64,000 nucleotides of DNA, from contig CASICS010000004.1 of the NCBI GenBank assembly GCA_949373255.1, positions 41,625 through 105,624 of the forward strand. The letters run 5' to 3'. This stretch comes from an uncultured SAR86 cluster bacterium. Lineage in GTDB: Bacteria; Pseudomonadota; Gammaproteobacteria; Magnimaribacterales; AG-339-G14. The position numbers and the translations under genes are program-made. Below, piece after piece: positions 9,993 to 19,135 of this stretch (its first letter is position 1; every line of letters starts with the position of its first letter). The notes beneath the pieces were generated by a model. It had not been told where the DNA came from and searched no databases. It saw nothing but the letters and a program-made list of their open reading frames with translations.

Positions 9993-10807
9993 TATTCAAA
10001 CCAATGTTCTTGAGCTGGAAATTCGGAATCTTTAACTGCCTTTACATATGATGCTATCGCTTCTGCAATGGAGTTGTTTTCTTCTAAGAAATTTTTTATA
10101 AATTTTGGTGGTTTGTCTAAACACGATACACCCAACAAATCATGCACCACCATTATCTGTCCATCAGTATATGCTCCAGCACCAATTCCAATTGTTGGAA
10201 TAGATAAAGCATCGGATATCTTTTTCGTTAATTCTACAGGAATGCATTCTAATAATAATAATTCGGCTCCAGCATTTTCTAAACTTTTTGCTTCTTCTAT
10301 CATTTTAGAGTGTGACGAAGGATCCCTGCCTTGAACGAAAAAACCGCCAATTCTATTTATCGACTGAGGAGTTAAACCCATATGCGCACATACTGGTATG
10401 CCCCTCTGAGATAATAACTCCGTGGTTTTTAGAATAACTTCGCCGCCTTCAACTTTTACTGAGTTCGCACCGGCTTGCATTAACCTTGTAGCATTTTCAT
10501 ATGCTAACTGTTCGGTTGCATAACTCATAAAAGGCATATCAGCCATTAAATGAGCTCCTTTATTTCCACTTTTTACACACCTAAGATGATATAAAATATC
10601 TTCCATTGAAACAGGAACCGTTGAGTCATGACCTTGAATAACCATCCCAAGGCTGTCGCCTATTAAGATTATCTCTACTCCAGCATCGCACATCATTGAA
10701 CTGATTGTCGCTTCATAAGAAGTCAGTGCAGCAAACTTTTCTCCTTTTGCTTTATGGTTTCTAATGGTTTGGAGAGAAATTGGTTTTGTGGGGGCTTGAG
10801 TAGACAT
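9992..10807 (-). CDS. panB: 3-methyl-2-oxobutanoate hydroxymethyltransferase
   Basis: It has LIGDSLGMVIQGHDST and CAHMGLTPQS motifs. Its stop overlaps the panC start. Confidence 0.9.
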   Translation of the reverse strand: MSTQAPTKPISLQTIRNHKAKGEKFAALTSYEATISSMMCDAGVEIILIGDSLGMVIQGHDSTVPVSMEDILYHLRCVKSGNKGAHLMADMPFMSYATEQLAYENATRLMQAGANSVKVEGGEVILKTTELLSQRGIPVCAHMGLTPQSINRIGGFFVQGRDPSSHSKMIEEAKSLENAGAELLLLECIPVELTKKISDALSIPTIGIGAGAYTDGQIMVVHDLLGVSCLDKPPKFIKNFLEENNSIAEAIASYVKAVKDSEFPAQEHWFE

Positions 10808-10859
10808 TCGATTAGAAAAATATTTTAGCGTTTTTTTATTGAATTAAGTAATTAATAGT

Positions 10860-11747
10860 TTATTCATCTAAAAAATTAGAAACCTTTGAAGACACTATCG
10901 AAGCATTTTCTATAGGCAGAAAGTGAGAACCACTAAATTCTTCAATCTTTAATTTATCATTATTAGTTAAATATTCTTTGGCTTGATCTGAGAAAGTTGA
11001 TGTACCAGATGATCCTCGCAAAATATATGTTGGTATGTTTAATCTTTTTAAATGCTTATAAGTATCATATGAAACTGTATTAAAAGTTTTTGCTTCCCAA
11101 ACTGGATCGCAACTTAAAAGCATTTCTTCGCCAGCTCTTTTCAACCCGCCTTGTAAATAATTCTCTAAAGCTTCTTTTGGCCAAGTTTTAAAAATTGCTC
11201 TTCCAGTAAAATGATCTATAGCGTTTTCTAGACTATCAAAAGAATTCCTTCGCTTAGCTGCGCTTAAAGATATATCTGAGGACTCGCCTATTTTAAAAAA
11301 TCTTTTATATTTTAAAGCGAAGGCCTCATTAGGCCTATAAAATAATACTGGCTCAATCATTATTAAATTTCTAATATTTTTCTTCTTGCTCGAAATATTG
11401 GCAGCCACAATCGCGCCCATTGAGTGCCCCATTAAATCGCATGTTTCAATATTTAATTCTTCGATAAAAGAAATTGCATCTTTTGCATAAGTTTCCCACG
11501 ACTTAAGCTTTTTATGATCTGCCTTCGCCTTAGAAAGACCATGCCCTCTTTGATCCAAAAAATGTATAGACCTATTACCATTAAACTTTTCAAAAAGATT
11601 GGATAAAAAATCTATATAGGTAGACGCATTCAAACCTGTTGCATGTAAAAATATAATAGGATTTTCTGGAGATTTTGAATCAAAAGATAAATAAGAAAAA
11701 GTTTCTCCCTTTAAAATTATTTCTTTTCTTTCAGCTTTTAAACTCAT
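10860..11747 (-). CDS. alpha/beta-fold hydrolase
   Basis: It has the nucleophile elbow GHSMGA and an HG oxyanion region (FLHATG). I prefer the internal start MSLKAERKE at 11747, because the longer ORF (to 11819) would overlap the divergent methyltransferase gene. Confidence 0.65.
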   Translation of the reverse strand: MSLKAERKEIILKGETFSYLSFDSKSPENPIIFLHATGLNASTYIDFLSNLFEKFNGNRSIHFLDQRGHGLSKAKADHKKLKSWETYAKDAISFIEELNIETCDLMGHSMGAIVAANISSKKKNIRNLIMIEPVLFYRPNEAFALKYKRFFKIGESSDISLSAAKRRNSFDSLENAIDHFTGRAIFKTWPKEALENYLQGGLKRAGEEMLLSCDPVWEAKTFNTVSYDTYKHLKRLNIPTYILRGSSGTSTFSDQAKEYLTNNDKLKIEEFSGSHFLPIENASIVSSKVSNFLDE

Positions 11748-11770
11748 TGTTATTGATCTATATTTGAATA

Positions 11771-12379
11771 ATGACGATATTAAACACTGTAAAGGGTTTT
11801 CTTGACAATTCTGAAGCAAAAAAACTTGCTGAGCTAATAAACCTAACTGCTAACTTGGGACCCGGGCTTGAGATTGGAAGTTACTGTGGAAAGTCTGCTT
11901 TAATCTTTGGTGAAGCGTGCAAACAAAATAACTCTTTTTTCTTTACTGTCGATCACCATACTGGCTCAGAAGAACATCAAGTCGGAGAAGAATATCACGA
12001 TCCTGATTTATATGACTCTAGGTTAGGAAAATTTAATACCCTGCCTGAGCTATTGAAAAATATAAATCAATCGCCCATGCAAAATAATATTATTCCTGTC
12101 GTTGGCGATTCAGCCAGTATTGCAAAGAGATGGAAAACCCCTTTGGGTTTGTTATTTATTGATGGCGGTCATAGCATGGAAGCTGCTTTGAACGACTACC
12201 ATGGATGGAATGAATTTATTATACCAGGAGGCCTATTAGCTATTCATGACGTATTTCCTGATCCAAAAGATGGAGGAAGACCGCCTTATGAAATTTATTG
12301 CCTTGCAAAAAAATCCGGCAATTATGAGGAAATAGAAATGGTTAAGTCTTTAGCTATTCTGAGAAAAATTATTCGTTAA
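11771..12379 (+). CDS. class I SAM-dependent methyltransferase (O-methyltransferase-like, Methyltransf_24-type)
   Basis: GLEIGSYCGKSAL (motif I) and FIDGGHS...LLAIHDV resemble small cell-wall/sugar O-methyltransferases. Confidence 0.55.
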   Translation: MTILNTVKGFLDNSEAKKLAELINLTANLGPGLEIGSYCGKSALIFGEACKQNNSFFFTVDHHTGSEEHQVGEEYHDPDLYDSRLGKFNTLPELLKNINQSPMQNNIIPVVGDSASIAKRWKTPLGLLFIDGGHSMEAALNDYHGWNEFIIPGGLLAIHDVFPDPKDGGRPPYEIYCLAKKSGNYEEIEMVKSLAILRKIIR

Positions 12380-13370
12380 ATAAATCAGAAGATTCTGAAA
12401 AACCATAAAGAGAATTCGCTGCTAAAATTACAGCTGCTGCAGTCCAGCTTGGTTTTTCAATTGGCCAATATTTTTTATCTGCAAATACATAACCTGTCCA
12501 GAATAACTGGCTTTCTGGATCAGCTAGGCTCAATACATCTGTAAAAATTTTCTCTGCTTTTTCTATTTCTGACATTCCAACCAAAGTCAAAACAAGCTCG
12601 CATGATTCTGCAGCTGTTACCCAGGGTTCCTCTGTTACACATTTACAACCCAGGTCCTTAATTACAAATTCTTCCCATCTAGAATTAATTCTTAATCTTG
12701 CGTCTTCTCCGGAAATAATTCCACAAAGAATGGGGTAATACCAGTCCATGCTATACCTATCTTTACTTTTCCAAGATCTATCAAATCTATGAGGCTTGCT
12801 GTTAATGGCTTCATACAAAAGATTTATTTCCTTTTCATAAATATTTTTAGAAAAACCAAGTTTATTTGATATTTTTTGAAAGCAACGCAAACTTTTATAA
12901 ATTGAAGAACAACCAGTTATTAAGGAATCATTCATCCATTCATCATTTTCATCTTTAGCCCATAGAATATCTCCTTCTTCAGATTGTCCTGAAATTACAA
13001 ATTCCATAGCTTTTACTATTGTTGGCCAAATAAATTTTAAAAACTCTTCATCCTTAAAGTTTAGGTAGTGATGCCACGCACCAGTTGCTATATAAGCTGA
13101 AAAGTTAGTCTCTTTCCGTGCGTTTATTATTTCCTTTCCTAGGTACTCTGAACACCAAGAACCATCTTGTTCTTGAACATTCAATAACCATTCATAAGCT
13201 TTTAAAGATTCTCTTTGATAACCTAAGACATCCAAACCCATTGCTGATTCGATATGATCCCAAGGATCAATTTTACTATTTGGTTCCCATGCGATAACTC
13301 CGCTTTCTTGCTGACAAGAAATTATATATTTAGCTAAATGACTATACGAATCAACAGAGTTTTTTTTCAT
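12369..13370 (-). CDS. hypothetical protein with prenyltransferase/terpene-cyclase-like QW repeats (alpha/alpha toroid)
   Basis: Three Q-x-x-[DE]-G-x-W-like motifs are present (QQESGVIAW, QEQDGSW, QSEEGDILW), and the protein is Trp-rich. The fold assignment is inferred from motifs only. Confidence 0.45.
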   Translation of the reverse strand: MKKNSVDSYSHLAKYIISCQQESGVIAWEPNSKIDPWDHIESAMGLDVLGYQRESLKAYEWLLNVQEQDGSWCSEYLGKEIINARKETNFSAYIATGAWHHYLNFKDEEFLKFIWPTIVKAMEFVISGQSEEGDILWAKDENDEWMNDSLITGCSSIYKSLRCFQKISNKLGFSKNIYEKEINLLYEAINSKPHRFDRSWKSKDRYSMDWYYPILCGIISGEDARLRINSRWEEFVIKDLGCKCVTEEPWVTAAESCELVLTLVGMSEIEKAEKIFTDVLSLADPESQLFWTGYVFADKKYWPIEKPSWTAAAVILAANSLYGFSESSDLFNE

Positions 13371-13372
13371 TT

Positions 13373-14083
13373 TTATTTTTCAGCCTTATCAAAATAAAGT
13401 ACTACACTCTTTCCTATTAACGGCTGGAGTAAAAATTCTAAAATTTTTGTAAAAACTGGTTTTTTCATCATATCCCAGACTAAAAACCTATGATAAAAAT
13501 CTATAATTTTTGAACTATCTTTTGAATCCCACATCAAACATTGAAGCCACCAATATGGTGAATGAAGGGCGTGCGCCCAGTGCCTTTTTTTAAATTTGAG
13601 CCCTAATGAAAGAATTGAATTTTTTAAATTATTAAATTTAAAAATCCTTACATGTCCTCCAGGAGTATTTTGATAATCTACGCTCAATTTCCAACAAATC
13701 CACTCAGGAAAATATTTTGGAACACTAACTGCCATTTTTCCACCAGGCTTTAAGACCCTTTCTATTTCTTTAAGTGCGCTTTGAAAATCAATTATGTGTT
13801 CAAGGACCTCAGAGCAAATTACATAATCGAAAGTTCCATCCGCAAAAGGGAGTTGTGTTGCGTCTGCAACACCAAATTTACAAAGTTTTGAATTGTTATT
13901 TTCATCAAACTCATCAAAGTTTTTCTCAGCTATCTTTACGTCTGACAGGCTCATATCAAAACCATAAACATCTATATTTGCGGACATATAAGCACCAAAA
14001 CAATGACGCCCTTGTCCACATCCAAGATCTAAAAATTTTTTATTAGATTCGAATTTAAAATTATCAAAATTTATGGTTTGCAT
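13373..14083 (-). CDS. class I SAM-dependent methyltransferase (Methyltransf_11 type)
   Basis: It has motif I LDLGCGQGRH and post-I/II FDYVICSEVLEHI...LKPGG. Confidence 0.75.
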   Translation of the reverse strand: MQTINFDNFKFESNKKFLDLGCGQGRHCFGAYMSANIDVYGFDMSLSDVKIAEKNFDEFDENNNSKLCKFGVADATQLPFADGTFDYVICSEVLEHIIDFQSALKEIERVLKPGGKMAVSVPKYFPEWICWKLSVDYQNTPGGHVRIFKFNNLKNSILSLGLKFKKRHWAHALHSPYWWLQCLMWDSKDSSKIIDFYHRFLVWDMMKKPVFTKILEFLLQPLIGKSVVLYFDKAEK

Positions 14084-15322
14084 TTAATCTTCCCACTTTT
14101 CAATTTCTGCTTCATACATTTCAGTCGCTCTTATCGCAACTTCATTCCATTGCAAATCCTTGCGGATTCTTTGAAAACCTTTCTCAGCTAATGATTTTTT
14201 TAATTCTTCATTGGGCAAAAGAGCCAAGATAGCCTTTTCTAATTCTTTTGACTTGCCTGGCTCAACTATAATGCCACAATCTTTTATAACTTCGGGGATA
14301 GCGCCTCCAGAAGTTGTGATAACTGGAACCTTGCATGCCATTGCTTCTCCGACAGCAAATCCAAAACCCTCATAAAGAGAAGGAATTACAACTATATCCG
14401 CTGAGCAATATAAATCTCTAACCTCTTTAAAGGATAGTTTTTTATTGAAGGTAATATCCTTTTCTATTCCTAGTTTTTTAATCAATCTTTTTGTGTGACC
14501 GCCTTTTTTTGATCCTCCAATAATTTGAAGAGATGCATTGCTGTGAATATCTTTGACTGAGGCAAATGCCTTTAGCAGAAAATCTAAACCCTTTAAAGGA
14601 ACATCAGCACTTGCAGTAGTTACAATTCTTAAAGGAACTTTTTGCACAGTTTCATCTGGATAGTAAGCATCAGTATCTATTCCGTTTAAAATTACACTCA
14701 TCACTGATTTTTTTAAACCAAAGTCATTATGAATGTCTTCTTTGGATGACTCAGAAACAACTATTACCGATTTGAGTTTTTTAGCTACCTGAATCTGCAT
14801 TTTTAGAAAGGAATGCCACCTAATCATTAATAACTTCAAAAATAAAGATTTTGTACTTTTTAGTTGAAACTTAAGATCTTTAGAAATTGGATGATGAATA
14901 GTAGTGACTAAAGGAATTTTCTTTTGAAAGAAAATCATTTCATAACATAAGCTTTGATTATCATGAATAACATCAAACTCATCTAACCTGTTTTTTAATG
15001 ATTTTTTTATTCTTTTGCCAAAGGTATAAGGCTCAGAAAAACCGCCTGAGTTGATACTTGCCCACTCAAAAAAATTTATTGGATTGAGAAGCTTTTTTAA
15101 CTCAACGTCTTTAAATTTATTTTCTTTAGAATAAAGATCTAAACTTGGAATTTTTTCCAATTTAATATCTTCATATAAATCTGGATATGGTGGCCCAGAA
15201 AAAACAGTAACTTCGTGGCCTAAATCTCTTAAAGCTTTGGTCATATATTTAACATATATGCCTTGCCCGCCAGAGAAAGGATTACTGCGATAACTAAGAA
15301 AGGCTATTCTAAGTTTTCTCAT
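14084..15322 (-). CDS. GT4-family (retaining, GT-B) glycosyltransferase
   Basis: It has the EX7E motif EGFGFAVGE and an N-terminal GGQGIYV. It abuts the downstream methyltransferase with no intergenic gap. Confidence 0.8.
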   Translation of the reverse strand: MRKLRIAFLSYRSNPFSGGQGIYVKYMTKALRDLGHEVTVFSGPPYPDLYEDIKLEKIPSLDLYSKENKFKDVELKKLLNPINFFEWASINSGGFSEPYTFGKRIKKSLKNRLDEFDVIHDNQSLCYEMIFFQKKIPLVTTIHHPISKDLKFQLKSTKSLFLKLLMIRWHSFLKMQIQVAKKLKSVIVVSESSKEDIHNDFGLKKSVMSVILNGIDTDAYYPDETVQKVPLRIVTTASADVPLKGLDFLLKAFASVKDIHSNASLQIIGGSKKGGHTKRLIKKLGIEKDITFNKKLSFKEVRDLYCSADIVVIPSLYEGFGFAVGEAMACKVPVITTSGGAIPEVIKDCGIIVEPGKSKELEKAILALLPNEELKKSLAEKGFQRIRKDLQWNEVAIRATEMYEAEIEKWED

Positions 15323-15338
15323 GCTAAGTGCTTTGTAA

Positions 15339-16262
15339 TTAATCTATTGAAGAAAGCCACTCAGGAAAAGAATCTCTTTTCCCCCTGACTTGATCGAAAT
15401 AATTTTTTTGGAGAGTCGTTGTTATCTCTCCTCTTTTACCACCTGAAATTAGTTTTTTGTCTACGCTTCTTATAGGTACCACTTCAGCAGCAGTGCCTGT
15501 AAAAAATAATTCATCTGCTTCCAGAACATCTTTTGCCTTAATTTTTTTTATTTGTACTTCGATATTTAGTTCTTGAGCCAAGCTTATGATACTTTTTCTA
15601 GTAATGCCGTCTAAGGACGCATCAAGATCTGGCGTAAGCAGAATATTATTTTTTACGACAAAGAAGTTCTCTCCTGTACCTTCTGAAATATTATTTTCAT
15701 TGTCAAGCATAAGCGCTTCATCAAAACCCTCTTTCATGGCCTCTTGCAAAGCCATAATAGATTTTACGTAATTTCCATTAACCTTTGAACGAGAAACTAT
15801 GTTTCCTGTTTCCCTTTTATACGAAGAAATTTTTATATCAATACCGTTATCAAATGCCTCTGGAGACATATAACTTGGCCATTCCCAAGCGGCGACGATG
15901 CAATGTACTTTTAAATTATCAGCTCTTAATCCCATCCCCTCAGAACCATAAAAGCACATAGGTCTTAAATAACCCTCATCTAACTTATTAACTCTAAAAA
16001 CTTCTTTTTGAGCTTTGTTTAGCTCTTCTTGAGAAAAAGGAATCTCAAGATTGACTGCTCTAGCAGATTCAAATAATCTTTTTGTATGGTCTTCTAATCT
16101 AAAAATCTTTGTCCCGTCTTCTGTAGCGTATGCTCTCACTCCTTCAAAAACTCCTAAACCATAATGCAAGGTGTGAGTTAAAACATGTACTTTTGCCTCA
16201 GACCAATCAACTAAATGACCGTCCATCCAAATAAATCCTTCCCTATTTGCTAAAGTATTCAT
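15339..16262 (-). CDS. ilvE: branched-chain amino acid aminotransferase
   Basis: It shows class IV aminotransferase features (GLGVFEGVRAY, ISEGTGENFF, TGTAAEV). Confidence 0.9.
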   Translation of the reverse strand: MNTLANREGFIWMDGHLVDWSEAKVHVLTHTLHYGLGVFEGVRAYATEDGTKIFRLEDHTKRLFESARAVNLEIPFSQEELNKAQKEVFRVNKLDEGYLRPMCFYGSEGMGLRADNLKVHCIVAAWEWPSYMSPEAFDNGIDIKISSYKRETGNIVSRSKVNGNYVKSIMALQEAMKEGFDEALMLDNENNISEGTGENFFVVKNNILLTPDLDASLDGITRKSIISLAQELNIEVQIKKIKAKDVLEADELFFTGTAAEVVPIRSVDKKLISGGKRGEITTTLQKNYFDQVRGKRDSFPEWLSSID

Positions 16263-16302
16263 GTTTGTTAAAAAAGTAACATTATAAGCGGGACAAATTT
16301 AT

Positions 16303-17682
16303 ATGAAAGTTAAATCTGAAATTTTTAGAGCCTATGACATCAGAGGAGTAGTAGATGAAGAACTGTCAGATGAATTAGTTAAAAATCTAGGTAAAGCCAT
16401 AGGAACGTCTCTTCTTCGTCAAGGCAGAAAAGAAATTTGTGTGTGCAGAGACGGAAGGCTTTCTGGTCCAAAAATAATTGATACTCTAATAAACGGAATT
16501 ATCTCAACAGGTTGCAATGCTGTTGATATGGGAATGGCTCCAACCCCGCTTTTATATTTTGCAACTTTCACAAGTCACGTGATCGATGGAGTAATGATTA
16601 CAGGAAGTCATAATCCTAAAAATTACAACGGATTCAAAATTGTATTCAACCAAAAATCTCTTACTAGTGATTCTATACAAGAATTAAAAAAACTGATCAT
16701 TAGTGAAGATTATGAAATTGGTTCTGGTGTAATAAAGTATCTATCGGTTACAAAGGATTATATTAAAAGCCTTAGAGAAAAAATAAAAATAGAGCGTCCT
16801 TTAAAAGTTGTGCTGGATTGTGGAAATGGTGTTGGAGGAGTTATTGCTCCAGAAGCATTTAAAGCTATGGGGATAGAGTTAGTAGAAATTTTTTGTGAGG
16901 TAGATGGTAATTTTCCTAACCATCATCCTGATCCAGGTAACCCAAAAAATATGATTGATTTAAGTAAAGCTGTCATAGAAAGTTCTGCTGATCTTGGGAT
17001 TGCATTAGATGGTGATGGAGATAGACTCGGAGTCGTAGATAATTTAGGAAATATAATTTATCCAGATCAATATCTATCTCTAATTTCAGAGGCTATTTTA
17101 AAAGAGAATGATAAGAGAAAAATAGTATTCGATGTCAAATGCTCTACTCAGCTTAAAAAAGCCATAGAGAAAAATGGAGGCATTCCGGTAATGTCTAGAA
17201 CAGGGCATTCTTATATAAAATCAGAAATACTCAATTCGAATGCTATTTTAGGCGGAGAAATGAGTGGGCATATTTTTTTCAATGACAATTGGTTTGGCTT
17301 TGATGATGGAATTTTTTCAGCATTAAGACTCATTGAGATATTAACAAAAGAGAAGAACTCTTCTTCAGATATTTTTAATAGATACCCTCAGTTATTTAAT
17401 ACACCGGAATTGACAATTAAAACTACAGATGAAGAAAAATTTAAAATTATTGAAAGATTGAGAAGTGATTTTCAGTTTGATGAATATGAGAGAATCCTGA
17501 TTGACGGATTGAGGCTTGAAAATAATTTAGCGTGGGGTCTGGCTAGAGCATCTAATACTACTCCAACCATAGTCTTAAGGTTTGAAGGAAATACTGAAGA
17601 ATCGTTAAAAGAAATAATTCAAATTTTCCAAAAAGCTTTATTTGATATAGATAAAAAGCTTATTATTGATCTAAATTTATAA
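16303..17682 (+). CDS. algC: phosphomannomutase/phosphoglucomutase
   Basis: It has the active-site TGSHNP, the metal loop DGDGDR and the sugar loop GGEMSGH. algC-argB adjacency matches Pseudomonas. Confidence 0.85.
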   Translation: MKVKSEIFRAYDIRGVVDEELSDELVKNLGKAIGTSLLRQGRKEICVCRDGRLSGPKIIDTLINGIISTGCNAVDMGMAPTPLLYFATFTSHVIDGVMITGSHNPKNYNGFKIVFNQKSLTSDSIQELKKLIISEDYEIGSGVIKYLSVTKDYIKSLREKIKIERPLKVVLDCGNGVGGVIAPEAFKAMGIELVEIFCEVDGNFPNHHPDPGNPKNMIDLSKAVIESSADLGIALDGDGDRLGVVDNLGNIIYPDQYLSLISEAILKENDKRKIVFDVKCSTQLKKAIEKNGGIPVMSRTGHSYIKSEILNSNAILGGEMSGHIFFNDNWFGFDDGIFSALRLIEILTKEKNSSSDIFNRYPQLFNTPELTIKTTDEEKFKIIERLRSDFQFDEYERILIDGLRLENNLAWGLARASNTTPTIVLRFEGNTEESLKEIIQIFQKALFDIDKKLIIDLNL

Positions 17683-17684
17683 AT

Positions 17685-18545
17685 ATGAGCATTGCAAAAA
17701 AAAGCGCTGAGAATATATCAAAAGTTTTAATTGAAGCTTTGCCTTACATACAAAAATTTTCAGGAAAGACTATCGTAATAAAATATGGCGGAAGCGCAAT
17801 GAGTGATGCTTATTTAAGGAAAAGCTTCGCGCGAGATATTGTTTTAATGAAAACAGTAGGTATCAATCCAATTATAGTTCACGGGGGAGGCCCTCAAATT
17901 CAAAAAGGTTTAAAAAGAGCCAAAATAGAATCTGAATTTATTGGCGGTGTAAGAGTCACGTCTCCTGAAATTATTAATACCGTTCAAAAGGTTCTAGATA
18001 ATGAGGTAAATAAAGAAATTAAAGAGCTAATAAATTCTTGGGGCGGCAATGCTCAAGCTTTATCGGGAAAAAGATCATCATTTATAAAAGCTCAAAAAAA
18101 TCCTACACAAAAAAGACTCGGGGAAGTTGGAGAAATTTTGTCTATACAAAAAAAACTTATTACGAATACATCTAATAAAAAAATTCCAGTCATATCGCCT
18201 ATAGGGTGGGATAAAAATGGAAACCCTTTAAATATAAATGCAGATTATGTGGCATGCTATGTTGCAGGAGCCTTAAAAGCAGAAAAAATTATATTAATGA
18301 CTGATGTATCTGGAATAAAAGACTCTCAGGGTAAAAAAATATCTGAAATGAACTTAGCAAATGCAAAAAAAATATTCAAAGATAAGAAATCTATTAAAGG
18401 CGGGATGCTGCCTAAACTTAGCTCAGTAATATCTTCTTTAGAAAAGGGAGTTTCATTTGCTCATGTTGTGGACGGAAGAGTGCCTCATGCCGTTTTACTT
18501 GAAATACTTACAAACAAAGGTGTTGGTACCTTAATATCTAAATAA
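17685..18545 (+). CDS. argB: acetylglutamate kinase
   Basis: It has VIKYGGSAM and HGGGPQI motifs. Confidence 0.9.
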   Translation: MSIAKKSAENISKVLIEALPYIQKFSGKTIVIKYGGSAMSDAYLRKSFARDIVLMKTVGINPIIVHGGGPQIQKGLKRAKIESEFIGGVRVTSPEIINTVQKVLDNEVNKEIKELINSWGGNAQALSGKRSSFIKAQKNPTQKRLGEVGEILSIQKKLITNTSNKKIPVISPIGWDKNGNPLNINADYVACYVAGALKAEKIILMTDVSGIKDSQGKKISEMNLANAKKIFKDKKSIKGGMLPKLSSVISSLEKGVSFAHVVDGRVPHAVLLEILTNKGVGTLISK

Positions 18546-19130
18546 ATGTCGAAAGATCCTGCTCCGAGAAAAATTCAAATTATGCAAACTTTAGCTTCGA
18601 TGCTGGAAGAGAGGGAGCCAGTAAAAATTACTACTGCAGAGTTAGCAAAAAGAACAAATATTACTGAAGCTGCTATATATAGACACTTCCCAAGCAAAAG
18701 AAAAATATATGAAGAGTTAGTCAATTTTTTTGAAAGTAGTGTTTTTCCTAGGATTGGTTCAATAAAAAAAGATTCAAATATTGATGATGTTGCAGGCAAT
18801 ATAGTCACTCTTGTTTTGACTTTTTGCGAAAAGAATAAAGGGATCTCAAAAATTCTTAATAGAGAAGCCCTATCTGTGAGCGAGAGCAAAATAGAAGATA
18901 AAATTTCACTTCTTTTTGACAAAATCAATCTTGAAATAAAGCAATCTTTTCAGAATTACGAAAAAGAAACAAAAGGTAGACTGTCTTTAAACTCTTCCTC
19001 AGCTTCAGATTTAATTATTTCCTGTATGGAAGGACAAATTCAGATGTTTGTTCGAAGCAAATTTAAAAGAGATATTGTTGAAAGCTGGACTGAGCACTGG
19101 AAAGTTCTAAAAAAGACTATTTTTATTTAA
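18546..19130 (+). CDS. slmA: TetR-family nucleoid occlusion factor SlmA-like
   Basis: ILQTLASMLEE...ITTAELAKRTNITEAAIYRHFPSKRKIYEELVNFFE closely parallels the E. coli SlmA HTH region. Confidence 0.7.
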   Translation: MSKDPAPRKIQIMQTLASMLEEREPVKITTAELAKRTNITEAAIYRHFPSKRKIYEELVNFFESSVFPRIGSIKKDSNIDDVAGNIVTLVLTFCEKNKGISKILNREALSVSESKIEDKISLLFDKINLEIKQSFQNYEKETKGRLSLNSSSASDLIISCMEGQIQMFVRSKFKRDIVESWTEHWKVLKKTIFI

Positions 19131-19135
19131 AGATA

